A stretch of 64,000 nucleotides of DNA from Chloroflexota bacterium (GCA_009840945.1 VXMU01000114.1:5718-69717), one strand, 5' to 3'; shown: positions 39,050-48,389, numbered from the stretch's first letter. Numbers and translations: made by a program. The notes: a model not told the origin generated them from the letters alone.

Positions 39050-39190
39050 AGGGGCGGCCTCCGGGCCTCGGCCCAGGCGTCGCTCATCCGCCAGCGGTTG
39101 CCCGGTGACTGCGAGTGGACCTGGCCGTGGAACCAGTTATCGGCGTCGTAGCCGCTGGTGCCCCCCAAGGTCGAGAAGTCTGGGAGCTTT
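39050..39190 (-). pseudogene. relic of a fourth ABC substrate-binding-protein unit (half terminator fused to an internal gene segment)
   Basis: aggggcggcctccgggcc (left half of the SBP3-type terminator) joined to about 120 nt that are roughly 85% identical to codons ~500-545 of the SBP genes (GYDADNWFHGQVHSQSPGNRWR), with an internal 15-nt deletion. Confidence 0.65.
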
Positions 39191-39226
39191 CCACGACTGG
39201 GTCAGCAGGCGGAGCGGCCCCGGACT

Positions 39227-40090
39227 CTACTCGGTCCGCTCCCAGATGGACTCGTAGATGCGCTTGGCGATGGCCTCGTACTCAGCGCGCGTGTGGCCGC
39301 TCGCCGTCCCGACGGTGGCGAAGTTGTCGAAGAACCGGACGTTGCCTGGGCCGACCCAGCCTAGGTCGATGGAGATCTGCATCGTCCCCTCGGCATTTCT
39401 GAACAGCATCACGCTCGTGCTGTGTCCGTAGCTCTCGCCTTCTACTGGTGGAAAGATGTCCCGCGCGCCCTCGTACATCAGGCCGGAGTCATCCGGGATG
39501 TCGAAGACCACCGTCGGGTCGTAGTCGCCGCCGTCGAACTCGTACGTGCCGGCCGGGAGCGGGTCGCCTTGATCGAGATCCCACGTGCTCGTCGGCGCCC
39601 CGCACGCGGCGAGGCCGCTCGCCGTGGTAAACCCGGGCGGCGAGCAGCCTGCGAAGGTGTCGGGCAGGGTGACGCTCGTCAGGCTCAGCAACTCGAGCTT
39701 CGACGGGAGCCGGCCCGTGAGCGCGTTCCCACCCAAGTCCAGCGTCGTCAGCCCCGTGAGGTTGCCCAGAAGCCCCGACAGTTCGCCATCGAGGCCGCGG
39801 TCGGCCAGGTCCAGCGCGGTGACGCGCTCTGGCGTCCCGGACACTGTCACGCCCGTCCAGTCCGCCATCGCCTTGCGCGCCGTCCAGTTGAGGTGCTTCG
39901 TGCCCTCGATCGTGTTGCGCAGCCCGAGCAGTGCCTCGCAGTCGGCGACGAGCTTGGTGTTCGTGGCCGGGTTGGTCACGGCAATCCCCGAGGAGCAGTC
40001 CCTCGCCTGGAGGTCGGTCCCGACCACCGCGACTGCGAGGCCTGCAAGCATGAGCAGGCTGACCAATGCGATCAGGCGCGCGCGGGTCAT
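39227..40090 (-). CDS. secreted leucine-rich-repeat (plant-specific-type LRR) protein with C-terminal domain of unknown function
   Basis: Signal peptide LIALVSLLMLAGLAVAVV; LRRNT-like cap DCEALLGLRNTIEG...NWT; repeats LDGELSGLLGNLTGLTTLDLGGNALTGRLPS. Confidence 0.65.
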   Translation of the reverse strand: MTRARLIALVSLLMLAGLAVAVVGTDLQARDCSSGIAVTNPATNTKLVADCEALLGLRNTIEGTKHLNWTARKAMADWTGVTVSGTPERVTALDLADRGLDGELSGLLGNLTGLTTLDLGGNALTGRLPSKLELLSLTSVTLPDTFAGCSPPGFTTASGLAACGAPTSTWDLDQGDPLPAGTYEFDGGDYDPTVVFDIPDDSGLMYEGARDIFPPVEGESYGHSTSVMLFRNAEGTMQISIDLGWVGPGNVRFFDNFATVGTASGHTRAEYEAIAKRIYESIWERTE

Positions 40091-40314
40091 CTCGGTCCGG
40101 CTCCTCTTGCTGATTGCGTGCGACGCAGAGCAGCCTCACGCGACCCCCACTTGAACAGATTTCCGCCACCGGGGCACGCGCTCTTCCTGGTCTCTGGCCA
40201 TACGAACCTCCATCCGCTCGCGGTTCGACAGGCTGGAATAGTTGGAGCAACCTACCCGAAGGGGTGCGGGGATTCCATCACCCGCCCCCGCCGGCGACAC
40301 ACGGCACACGCAGG

Positions 40315-40339
40315 AGGGGCGGCCAGACGGCCGCCCCTC
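40315..40339 (-). terminator. hairpin terminator of SBP unit 1
   Basis: gaggggcggcc-agac-ggccgcccctc, about 25 nt 3' of the stop. Confidence 0.6.
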
Positions 40340-40364
40340 GGGCTCATCACACCGTCGAGGGCTG

Positions 40365-42266
40365 CTAGCCGCTCCGGCCCTCCACGTCCGGGTCGATCCA
40401 GCCCGACTGCACCTGGTCGCCCCACGTGTAGTACGAGTTGTTGTCGCCCGGCGCTGTGCCGGTGAAGCGGATCCCCCGCATCCACGGCTGGTAGACCTCC
40501 AGCCAGAACCCGGACGGGATCGTCGGCCGGTACGCCTGGTCGGCGTCCTGATCCCAGATCTTCTGCCACAGTTCCTTGCGGGCATCCGGGTCGAGCTCCA
40601 GCTGCTGGGCCTCTGCCCACTCGTCGATCTGCGGATCGTTGATCCGCCAGCGGTTACCCGGCGACTGCGAGTGGACCTGGCCGTGGAACCAGTTGTCCGC
40701 GTCGTAGCCGCTGGTGCTCCATGCGGAGGTCGAGACATCCGGGAGCTTCGAGGGGACCCACTGCGAGTTGAATTCGGTGTAGTCCACCTTGCCGCCGCCC
40801 ATCTTGATGCCGGCCCTCTGGAGCTGGGCCTGGATCACCTCCGTGTGCTGCTCGAAGCCCTTGGTGTAGGCGTAGTAGCTGTTGATGATCTCCAGACCCT
40901 CGGCCCCTGCCGCCTGCAGCAGCTTCATCGCCTCGTCCGGGTCGTAGCGGAGCCAGTTGCCGGCGAGCCCCGACTCGATCGTCGCCTCCTCGTCGAAGAG
41001 GAACGGCCACGGGATGGTGTTGAGCGCCTTGCCGAGGCCGTCGTAGACGATGTCGAGGACTTCCTGCCGGTCGATCGCCAGCGACAGCGCGCGACGCACC
41101 CGCACGTCCTGGTACTTCGGCAGCGTGAGGTTCATCCCCAGGCTGAGCCCGTTGTACGTCACCGGGATGAAGTTGACCTGGACGTCGGGGTTCGTCTGCA
41201 GCACCTCGTTGAGGTCGCGCACGCTCGACACCAGCGAGTACGCGTAGTCGATGTTCCCGACGCGGAACTGCGCCAGCCGGGCCACGTGGTCCGGCATGAT
41301 CAGGAACTCGAACCCATCGAGGAGCACTTCCCGCTCCCAGAAGTCCGGGTTCTTCACGAACTCGACGTTCTGGCCGAGCTCCAGGCCGGTCAGGATCATC
41401 GGGCCCGTACCGACGCTGGCGGTCTTGATGCTGCCGTCGTCGACCATCTCCTTCGGGAAGATGGTCTGCTTGTTGCTGGCGAGCGGGTTGAGGAAGTCCG
41501 CCGTCGCCTTCGCCATGTTGATCTTCAACGTGGCGTCATCGGGCGCCTCGAAGCCCGAGGTGTTGGTGTAGTACGACTTGTGCACGCCCTCGTTCGCGTA
41601 GCGGTCGACGGCGAACCGGGCGTCCTCCGCCGTGAAGGGCCGGCCGTTCAGCGGCGCCACGTTCTGCCAGGTCACGCCCGGTTGGATCTGGAACGTGAAC
41701 GTCAGGCCGTCCGGCGAGCGCTCCCACGACGCGGCCAACTCGGGCTCGATCTCGGGCTGGAACACGTCCGCGCCGGGACCGCGCTTGAAGCCGATCAGGC
41801 GGTTGTAGACCATGTTCGGCACCGTGACGGTGCCGCCCGCGGCCGAGTCGACGGGGTCGAGCGACTGGAAGTTCCACGTCGCCGCGACGCGCATGGTGCC
41901 GCCGGCAACCGGGGTCTTGTTCGGCTCCGGGAAGTTGTACGGGTACGGCAGTGCGGGGTCCTGGACGAGCTCGCCGAGCGGCTCGAACCCCGAGTCCTCG
42001 TCGTCGGTCGTCGCGGTCGTGTCCGAGGTCGTGCCGCCCGATGTCGTCGTACCGGACGTGGTCCCGCTCGACGTGGTCGCCGTGGTGGTCGTGCCGGAGG
42101 TGGTCGCATCGCTCGCGGTGTCGTCGTCGTCATCGTCGCCGCCGCAGCCGATCAGGGCTGCCGCCGCGAGGCCGACGCCGCCGACGAGGCCCCCTCGCAG
42201 GAGGGCCCGCCTGCCTACGGCCTGGGTCCGCCATCCATACGTGTGCTCTTGCTGGTCCGGGGTCAT
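40365..42266 (-). CDS. ABC transporter substrate-binding protein, family 5 (peptide/nickel/opine type), TAT-lipoprotein, paralog 1
   Basis: RR TAT motif plus lipobox LIGCGG, poly-Asp and Thr-rich linker, and the SBP_bac_5 fold; GGAGG SD upstream. Confidence 0.85.
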   Translation of the reverse strand: MTPDQQEHTYGWRTQAVGRRALLRGGLVGGVGLAAAALIGCGGDDDDDDTASDATTSGTTTTATTSSGTTSGTTTSGGTTSDTTATTDDEDSGFEPLGELVQDPALPYPYNFPEPNKTPVAGGTMRVAATWNFQSLDPVDSAAGGTVTVPNMVYNRLIGFKRGPGADVFQPEIEPELAASWERSPDGLTFTFQIQPGVTWQNVAPLNGRPFTAEDARFAVDRYANEGVHKSYYTNTSGFEAPDDATLKINMAKATADFLNPLASNKQTIFPKEMVDDGSIKTASVGTGPMILTGLELGQNVEFVKNPDFWEREVLLDGFEFLIMPDHVARLAQFRVGNIDYAYSLVSSVRDLNEVLQTNPDVQVNFIPVTYNGLSLGMNLTLPKYQDVRVRRALSLAIDRQEVLDIVYDGLGKALNTIPWPFLFDEEATIESGLAGNWLRYDPDEAMKLLQAAGAEGLEIINSYYAYTKGFEQHTEVIQAQLQRAGIKMGGGKVDYTEFNSQWVPSKLPDVSTSAWSTSGYDADNWFHGQVHSQSPGNRWRINDPQIDEWAEAQQLELDPDARKELWQKIWDQDADQAYRPTIPSGFWLEVYQPWMRGIRFTGTAPGDNNSYYTWGDQVQSGWIDPDVEGRSG

Positions 42267-42392
42267 GAGGAACCTCCTCCCCAGGGTGCAATTCGGCTTT
42301 CAAGTGCCGAGAGCCTACTCCCCGGCCGGAGGCATTACAATCGCGTATAGCGTCATGCCGGCGTTCCCGCCAGCCTCGGGACCCGGACACGC

Positions 42393-42420
42393 AAGAGGGG
42401 CGGCCATATGGCCGCCCCTT
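42393..42420 (-). terminator. hairpin terminator of SBP unit 2
   Basis: aagaggggcggcc-atat-ggccgcccctt. Confidence 0.6.
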
Positions 42421-42445
42421 AGGTTCGTCACGCCGTCGAGGGCTG

Positions 42446-44353
42446 CTAGCCGCTGCGGCCCTCCACGTCCGGGTCGATCCAGGCCGTGTGCACCTGGTCG
42501 CCCCACGTGTAGTACGAGTTGTTGTCCCCGGGCGAGGTACCCGTGAACCGCAGACCGCGCACCCACGGCTGGTAGATCTCGATGGTGAAGCCCCACGGCA
42601 TCGTCGGGCGGTACATCTGGTCCAGGTCCTTGTCCCAGATCTTGCGCCACAGCTCCTTGCGGGCGTCCGGGTCGAGCTCGACCTGCTGGGCCTCGGCCCA
42701 CGCGTCGATCTCGGGGTCGTTCGTCCGCCAGCGGTTGCCGGGCGACTGCGAGTGGACCTGGCCGTGGAACCAGTTGTCGCCGTCGTAGCCGCTGGTGGCC
42801 CACGCCGAGGTCGAGATGTCGGGCAGCATGCTGGGGACCCACTGCGAGTTGAACTCGGTGTAGTCCACCTTGCCGCCGGTCATCTTGATGCCGATCTCGC
42901 CAAGCTGCGCCTGGTAGACCTCCGACATCTGCTCCAGGCCGCTGGTGTAGGCGTAGTAGCTGTTGTTGACCTCGAGGTTCTCGGCCCCCGCGGCTGCCAG
43001 CAGCTTCTTCGCCTCCTCCGGGGCGTAGCGGAACCACTGCCCCAGCTCCGGCGAGCCGAGCGTGATCTCCTGGTCGAAGAGGAACGGCCACGGGATGACG
43101 TGGAGCGCCTTGCCGATGCCGTCGAAGATGATGTCGAGCATCTCCTGGCGGTCCATCGCCATGGTGAGCGCACGGCGGATGCGCACGTCCTTGTACTTCT
43201 CCAGCGTGTGGTTCAACCCGACGGTGATCCCGTTGGAGGTGGTCGGCAGCAGGTTGACCTGGATGTCCGGGTTCGTGTCCACGATCTCGTTGAGGTCGCG
43301 GAGCGATGACGCCAGCCCGTATCCGTAGTCGATGTTGCCGACGCGGAACTGTGCGAGCCGGGCGACGTGGTCCGGCATGATCAGGAACTCGAAGCCGTCC
43401 AGGAGCACGTCGCGCTCCCAGTAGTCCGGGTTCTTGTCGAAGAGCACGTTCACACCCGCCTCGAGGCCGGTGAGGATCATCGGGCCGGTGCCGATGGCGC
43501 GCGTGGTGATCGTGCCGTCGTCCACCAGCTCCTTGGGGAAGATGGTCTGCTTGTTGCTCGCCAGCGGGTTCAGGAAGTCCGCCGTCGCGCGGGACATCGT
43601 GACGGTCAGCGTCTCGTCATCGACCGCTTCGAAGTCAGCGACGTTGGTGTAGTAGGACTTGTGCACACCCTCGGTCGCGTAGCGGTTCAGCGCGAACTTC
43701 GCGTCCTCGGCCGTGAACTTGCGCCCGTTCAGCGGGTCGACGTTCTGCCACGCCGCCCTCGGGTCGATCTGGAACGTGAATACCAGGCCGTCCGGGGAGC
43801 GCTCCCACGAGGCGGCGAGTTCCGGCTCGATCTCGGGCTGGAACACGTCTGCGGCGGGGCCGCGCTTGAAGCCGATCAGGCGGTTGTAGACCATGTTCGG
43901 CACCGTGACCGTGCCGCCGGCCGCCGAGGTGGTCGGGTCGATGGTCTGGAAGTTCCACGTCGCCGCGACCTTCATCACGCCGCCGGGGACGGGGGCCTTG
44001 TTCGGCTCCGGGAAGTTGAACGGGTACGGCAGCGACGGGTCCTGCACCAGCTCGCCGACCGGTTCGAAATCCCCGGCGGCGTCGCCATCGCCTGAGGTGG
44101 AGGAATCGGACGACGAGTCGGTGGAGCCCGAGGTCGTCCCGCTGGTGGTGGCGGTCGTGGTCGTCGTACCGGACGTGGTGGTCGTCTGGGTGGCGGCGCT
44201 GTCGTCGTCGTCATCGTCGTCATCGCCGCCGCAGCCGATGAGCGCCGCGGTGGCAAGGCCGATACCGCCGAGCAGGCTGCCTCGTAGGAGACTCCGCCTG
44301 CCTACGGCTTGCGTGAGCCAGCCATGCACGCGGTGCTCCTCATACTCAGCCAT
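42446..44353 (-). CDS. ABC transporter substrate-binding protein family 5, TAT-lipoprotein, paralog 2
   Basis: Full-length paralog of 40365..42266. Confidence 0.85.
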   Translation of the reverse strand: MAEYEEHRVHGWLTQAVGRRSLLRGSLLGGIGLATAALIGCGGDDDDDDDDSAATQTTTTSGTTTTTATTSGTTSGSTDSSSDSSTSGDGDAAGDFEPVGELVQDPSLPYPFNFPEPNKAPVPGGVMKVAATWNFQTIDPTTSAAGGTVTVPNMVYNRLIGFKRGPAADVFQPEIEPELAASWERSPDGLVFTFQIDPRAAWQNVDPLNGRKFTAEDAKFALNRYATEGVHKSYYTNVADFEAVDDETLTVTMSRATADFLNPLASNKQTIFPKELVDDGTITTRAIGTGPMILTGLEAGVNVLFDKNPDYWERDVLLDGFEFLIMPDHVARLAQFRVGNIDYGYGLASSLRDLNEIVDTNPDIQVNLLPTTSNGITVGLNHTLEKYKDVRIRRALTMAMDRQEMLDIIFDGIGKALHVIPWPFLFDQEITLGSPELGQWFRYAPEEAKKLLAAAGAENLEVNNSYYAYTSGLEQMSEVYQAQLGEIGIKMTGGKVDYTEFNSQWVPSMLPDISTSAWATSGYDGDNWFHGQVHSQSPGNRWRTNDPEIDAWAEAQQVELDPDARKELWRKIWDKDLDQMYRPTMPWGFTIEIYQPWVRGLRFTGTSPGDNNSYYTWGDQVHTAWIDPDVEGRSG

Positions 44354-44512
44354 ACCGAACCTCCTTCATTCGTCCGTGGGCGTGAGATTCGGGAAGCCTA
44401 CCCGAACCGGCCGAGCATTACCACACAGCGCCCGTTGATAGCGACGCAGGGCGTGCGCACGGCCGGGGTGCCCCGAGGATTCCGGCGCGGCGAGATCGGC
44501 CGGGGCACGCAA

Positions 44513-44538
44513 GAGGGGCGGCCTCCGGGCCGCCCCTC
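44513..44538 (-). terminator. hairpin terminator of SBP unit 3
   Basis: gaggggcggcc-tccg-ggccgcccctc. Confidence 0.6.
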
Positions 44539-44564
44539 AAGTTGTTCACGCCGCTGAAAGGCTG

Positions 44565-46466
44565 CTAGCTGCGGCCCTCCACGTCCGGGTCGATCCAGGC
44601 GGAGTGCACCTGGTCGCCCCACGTGTAGTAGGAGTTGTTGTCGCCCGGGGCGGTGCCGGTGAAGCGCAGACCGCGCACCCACGGCTGGTAGACCTCCAGG
44701 CTGAAGCCCCACGGCAGTGTCGGGCGGTAGGCCTGGTCCAGGTCCTTGTCCCAGATCTTGCGCCATAGCTCCGCACGGGCCGCCGGGTCGAGCTCGACCT
44801 GCTGGGCCTCCGCCCAGCCGTCGATCTCGGCGTCGTTCGTCCGCCAGCGGTTACCAGGCGACTGCGAGTGGACCTGGCCGTGGAACCAGTTGTCGGCGTC
44901 GTAGCCGCTGGTGCTCCAGGCCGAGGTGGAGAAGTCCGGAAGCTTCGAGGGGACCCACTGCGAGTTGAACTCGGTGTAGTCCACCTTGCCGCCGGTCATG
45001 TTGATACCCACGCGCGCAAGCTGCGAGTAGGTGATCTCGGTCATCTGCTCCAGGGCACTGGTGTAGGCGTAGTAGCTGTTGTTCATCGTGAAGCCCTCGG
45101 CGCCGGCAGCCGCGAGCAGCTTCCTCGCCTCGTCGGGGTTGTACTGCAGGTACGGCCCGACTTCGGGGCTACCGACGGACTTCTCCTCGTTGAAGAGGAA
45201 CGGCCACGGAATGATGTTCTGCGCCTTGCCCAGTCCGTCGAAGACGATGTCGACCATCTCCTGGCGGTCGATCGCCATGGCCAGCGCGCGACGGACGCGC
45301 ACATCCTGGTACTTCTCGAGCGTGTGGTTGATGCCCATGCTGATCGAGTTGTACGTAATCGGGATGAAGTTGACCTGGACGTCCGGGTTGGTCTCCAGCA
45401 GTTCGTTGAGGTCACGCACTGTCGAGACTACCCCGTAGGCGTAGTCGATGTTGCCGACGCGGAACTGCGCGAGGCGGGCGGGGTGGTCCGGCATGATCCG
45501 GAACTCGAACCCGTCCAGGAGGACTTCCTTCTCCCAGTAATCCGGGTTCCTGCTGAAGAGCACGTTCTGGCCCAGCTCGAGCGACTCGAGGATCATCGGG
45601 CCCGTGCCGATCGCGTTGGTTTCGATGCTGTCGTCGTCTACGAGCTCCCGGGGGAAGATCGTCTGCTTGTTGCTGGCGAGCGGATTGAGGAAGTCCGCCG
45701 TCGCCTGCGCCATGTTGATCTTGAATGTCTCGTCATCGACTGCCTCGAAGCCGGCAACGTTCGCGTAGTAGGACTTGTGCACGCCCTCGGTCGCGTAGCG
45801 ATTCAGGGCGAAAGCCGCGTCCTCAGCGGTGAACTTGCGGCCGTTCAGCGGCGCGATGTTCTGCCATGTGGCGTGTGGCTGGATCGCGAACGTGAACGTC
45901 AGGCCGTCGGGGGAGCGCTCCCACGACGCGGCCAGCTCAGGCTCGATCTCGGGCTGGAAGACGTCCGCGCCCGGACCGCGCTTGAAGCCGATCAGGCGGT
46001 TGTAGACCATGTTCGGCACGGTCACCGTGCCGCCCGCCGCCGAGTCGATCGGGTCGATCGACTGGAAGTTCCAGGTCGCGGCCACCTTCATGATGCCGCC
46101 CCGCTGCGGAGTCTTGTTCGGCTCCGGGAAGTTGTACGGGTACGGCAGCGCCGGGTCTTGCACCAGCTCGCCGAGGGTCTCGCCCTCTTCAGCCTGGTCG
46201 TCCTCGTCGTCGTCCTCGTCGTCCTGAGTGACGTTGACACTGGGCGCCGCGGTCGCGGTCGCCTGTGCGGTGCTGGTGGTCGTGGTCGTCGTCGTGGTGG
46301 TGGTCGTCGTCGCTGCGTCGTCATCGTCGTCGTCGTCGCCACCGCAGCCGATCAGGGCCGCAGCCGCGAGGCCGACACCTCCGACGAGTCCACCTCGAAG
46401 CAGGGTCCGCCTGCCTACCGAGTGCGTCCACAAGCGGGACACACGCTCTTCCTGGTCTAGGGCCAT
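44565..46466 (-). CDS. ABC transporter substrate-binding protein family 5, TAT-lipoprotein, paralog 3
   Basis: Full-length paralog; AT-rich promoter-like stretch upstream at 46540-46580. Confidence 0.85.
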   Translation of the reverse strand: MALDQEERVSRLWTHSVGRRTLLRGGLVGGVGLAAAALIGCGGDDDDDDDAATTTTTTTTTTTTSTAQATATAAPSVNVTQDDEDDDEDDQAEEGETLGELVQDPALPYPYNFPEPNKTPQRGGIMKVAATWNFQSIDPIDSAAGGTVTVPNMVYNRLIGFKRGPGADVFQPEIEPELAASWERSPDGLTFTFAIQPHATWQNIAPLNGRKFTAEDAAFALNRYATEGVHKSYYANVAGFEAVDDETFKINMAQATADFLNPLASNKQTIFPRELVDDDSIETNAIGTGPMILESLELGQNVLFSRNPDYWEKEVLLDGFEFRIMPDHPARLAQFRVGNIDYAYGVVSTVRDLNELLETNPDVQVNFIPITYNSISMGINHTLEKYQDVRVRRALAMAIDRQEMVDIVFDGLGKAQNIIPWPFLFNEEKSVGSPEVGPYLQYNPDEARKLLAAAGAEGFTMNNSYYAYTSALEQMTEITYSQLARVGINMTGGKVDYTEFNSQWVPSKLPDFSTSAWSTSGYDADNWFHGQVHSQSPGNRWRTNDAEIDGWAEAQQVELDPAARAELWRKIWDKDLDQAYRPTLPWGFSLEVYQPWVRGLRFTGTAPGDNNSYYTWGDQVHSAWIDPDVEGRS

Positions 46467-46716
46467 GGCTGGACCTCCCTTGTTGATTCCTGTCGCCAGC
46501 CTCGGAGTTGCGGAGCCTAACCGAACTCATCGTCGTGTTCCAGTGCAAATCGCGTATTTTACATACATAATCCGGCGGCCCGCGCCACCCCGGTCCGCGC
46601 CCGCCCCGGCTCGGTACCGCGCAGCGGACCCGGTGCTAGGATCGGCCCCGGCCGGCGCGGCCGATCCGCGCCCGCTCGACACCCCGAGGGGCCCCGATGC
46701 GCGCCGCACCCGTCTC

Positions 46717-48366
46717 GTGACCACGTCACCGCTCGCACCCGTCGACGCCGTCGTGATCGGCGGCGGTCCTGGCGGGAGCAGCGCCGCCACGATGATGGCC
46801 CGCAAGGGCCTGCGCGTCGTGCTGCTGGAGCGCGACCACTTCCCGCGCGACCACGTCGGCGAGTCCCTGCTGCCGGCCAGCGTCCCCATGCTCGAGTCGA
46901 TGGGCGTGCTCCCCGCCGTCGAGGCGGCGGGGTTCGTGCGCAAGCGCGGCGCGACGATGGTGTGGGGCTCCGACATGGAGCCGTGGAGCTGGTACTTCAA
47001 CGAGGTCAGCGAGCGCTACCCCACCTCCTTCCAGGTCGTGCGCTCCGAGTTCGACCGCATCCTCCTCGACCACGCGCGCACCTCCGGCGTCGACGTGCGC
47101 GAGGGGCACCAGGTCACCGATGTGACGTTCGTGGACGGGCGCGCCGCCGGCGTGGAGTACCGCACCGAGGACGGCGGCGAGGGCTTCGTGCAGGCCTCGT
47201 GGGTGGTGGACGCGAGCGGGCAGTCAGCGCTGCTGGGCCACGCGCTCGGGCTCCGCGAGTGGGACGAGTTCTTCCGCAACCTCGCCATCTACGGCTACTT
47301 CGAGGGCGCATCGCGCCTGCCCGAGCCGGACGACACCAACATCTTCATCGAGTCCTACGAGCACGGGTGGTGCTGGGCGATCCCGCTCCATACCGGCGTA
47401 TCGAGCGTCGGCGCGGTCGTGGACTCCGAGGAGGGCCAGCGCGCGATCCGCGAGGACGGCGTCGAGGCGGCGTTCCAGGCGCAGCTCGACCTCGCCCCGA
47501 GGACGTCGGAGCTCATCCAGGGCACGAAGCTCGTCGACGGCCCGTACGTCGTGCGCGACTGGTCGTACCTGTCGACGCGCATGGTCGGCCCCGGCTACAT
47601 CCTGGTCGGCGACGCCGCGTGCTTCATCGACCCGCTGTTCTCGTCGGGCGTACACCTGGCGCTCACGAGCGGACTGGCGGCGGCGGCGTACGTGGGCTCG
47701 GTGCTGAGCGACCCGACGCTCGAGGGACCGGCCGCCGAGGCGTACCGGAGCCTCTACCTGGGCCAGTACGAGAGCTTCCACCGGCTGGCGCAGCTCTTCT
47801 ACTCCAGCAACCGCAGCGCGGAGTCCTACTTCTGGGAGGCGCGCCGCATCTCCGAGGAGGACGCGTTCACCCCGCGCCACGCCTTCGTGCGGATGGTCGC
47901 CGGGCAGCCGCCGATCGGCTACGAGCGCGCCGTGCTCGACCGCGGCGACGCACCCTCGACGTTCGTGAGCAGCGTCCGCGCCGTCGAGGACGAGCGAGCG
48001 CGCCGGCGCGCGCAGCTCGGGGCGTCCTCGCCGCTGGCGATCGCCGCCTCGATCCCGGTGCTGGACCCGGACGAGCGAGTCGAGCGCAAGCCGACGCTGG
48101 AGCGCGACTCGTTCGAGTGGGGCTTCGTGCTCACCTCGGAGGGGCGGCCGGAGGGCGCGCCGATCAGCGTGCCGGTCGCGCGCCTGCTCCGCGGCGCCGA
48201 CGGCAACTCGACGATCGGTCAGATCGTGGACCAGATGGCCGTCGAGGCGCGGCTCAACCCCGGGCAGCGCCAGCAGCTCCTGGAGCAGATGGTCGTGGCG
48301 GTCGGCATCCTCTACGTCGACGGCGCCGTCGAGGAGCTGCGAGGCCTGGAGGGCAACGCCCCGTAG
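46717..48366 (+). CDS. flavin-dependent halogenase-family (tryptophan-halogenase-like) FAD oxidoreductase
   Basis: GTG start; FAD motif VVIGGGPGGS, hallmark WxWxIP (GWCWAIPL) and FIDPLFSSGVHLA motifs; 549 aa. Confidence 0.7.
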   Translation: MTTSPLAPVDAVVIGGGPGGSSAATMMARKGLRVVLLERDHFPRDHVGESLLPASVPMLESMGVLPAVEAAGFVRKRGATMVWGSDMEPWSWYFNEVSERYPTSFQVVRSEFDRILLDHARTSGVDVREGHQVTDVTFVDGRAAGVEYRTEDGGEGFVQASWVVDASGQSALLGHALGLREWDEFFRNLAIYGYFEGASRLPEPDDTNIFIESYEHGWCWAIPLHTGVSSVGAVVDSEEGQRAIREDGVEAAFQAQLDLAPRTSELIQGTKLVDGPYVVRDWSYLSTRMVGPGYILVGDAACFIDPLFSSGVHLALTSGLAAAAYVGSVLSDPTLEGPAAEAYRSLYLGQYESFHRLAQLFYSSNRSAESYFWEARRISEEDAFTPRHAFVRMVAGQPPIGYERAVLDRGDAPSTFVSSVRAVEDERARRRAQLGASSPLAIAASIPVLDPDERVERKPTLERDSFEWGFVLTSEGRPEGAPISVPVARLLRGADGNSTIGQIVDQMAVEARLNPGQRQQLLEQMVVAVGILYVDGAVEELRGLEGNAP

Positions 48367-48389
48367 CGCTGCCCGTGACGAGTCGGGCG

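Noticed and set aside
38581-39168. 195-aa minus-strand ORF overlapping tRNA-Pro
   Set aside because: It is antisense to a well-folding tRNA. Only its first ~35 codons (GYDADNWFHGQVHSQSPGNRWR) are meaningful, as a relic of an SBP gene. The rest is an arbitrary read-through.
40242-42350. 702-aa plus-strand ORF (with similar ones at 42488..43309 and 44868..46460)
   Set aside because: It is antisense to the SBP paralogs, which have signal peptides, SD sequences and terminators on the minus strand.
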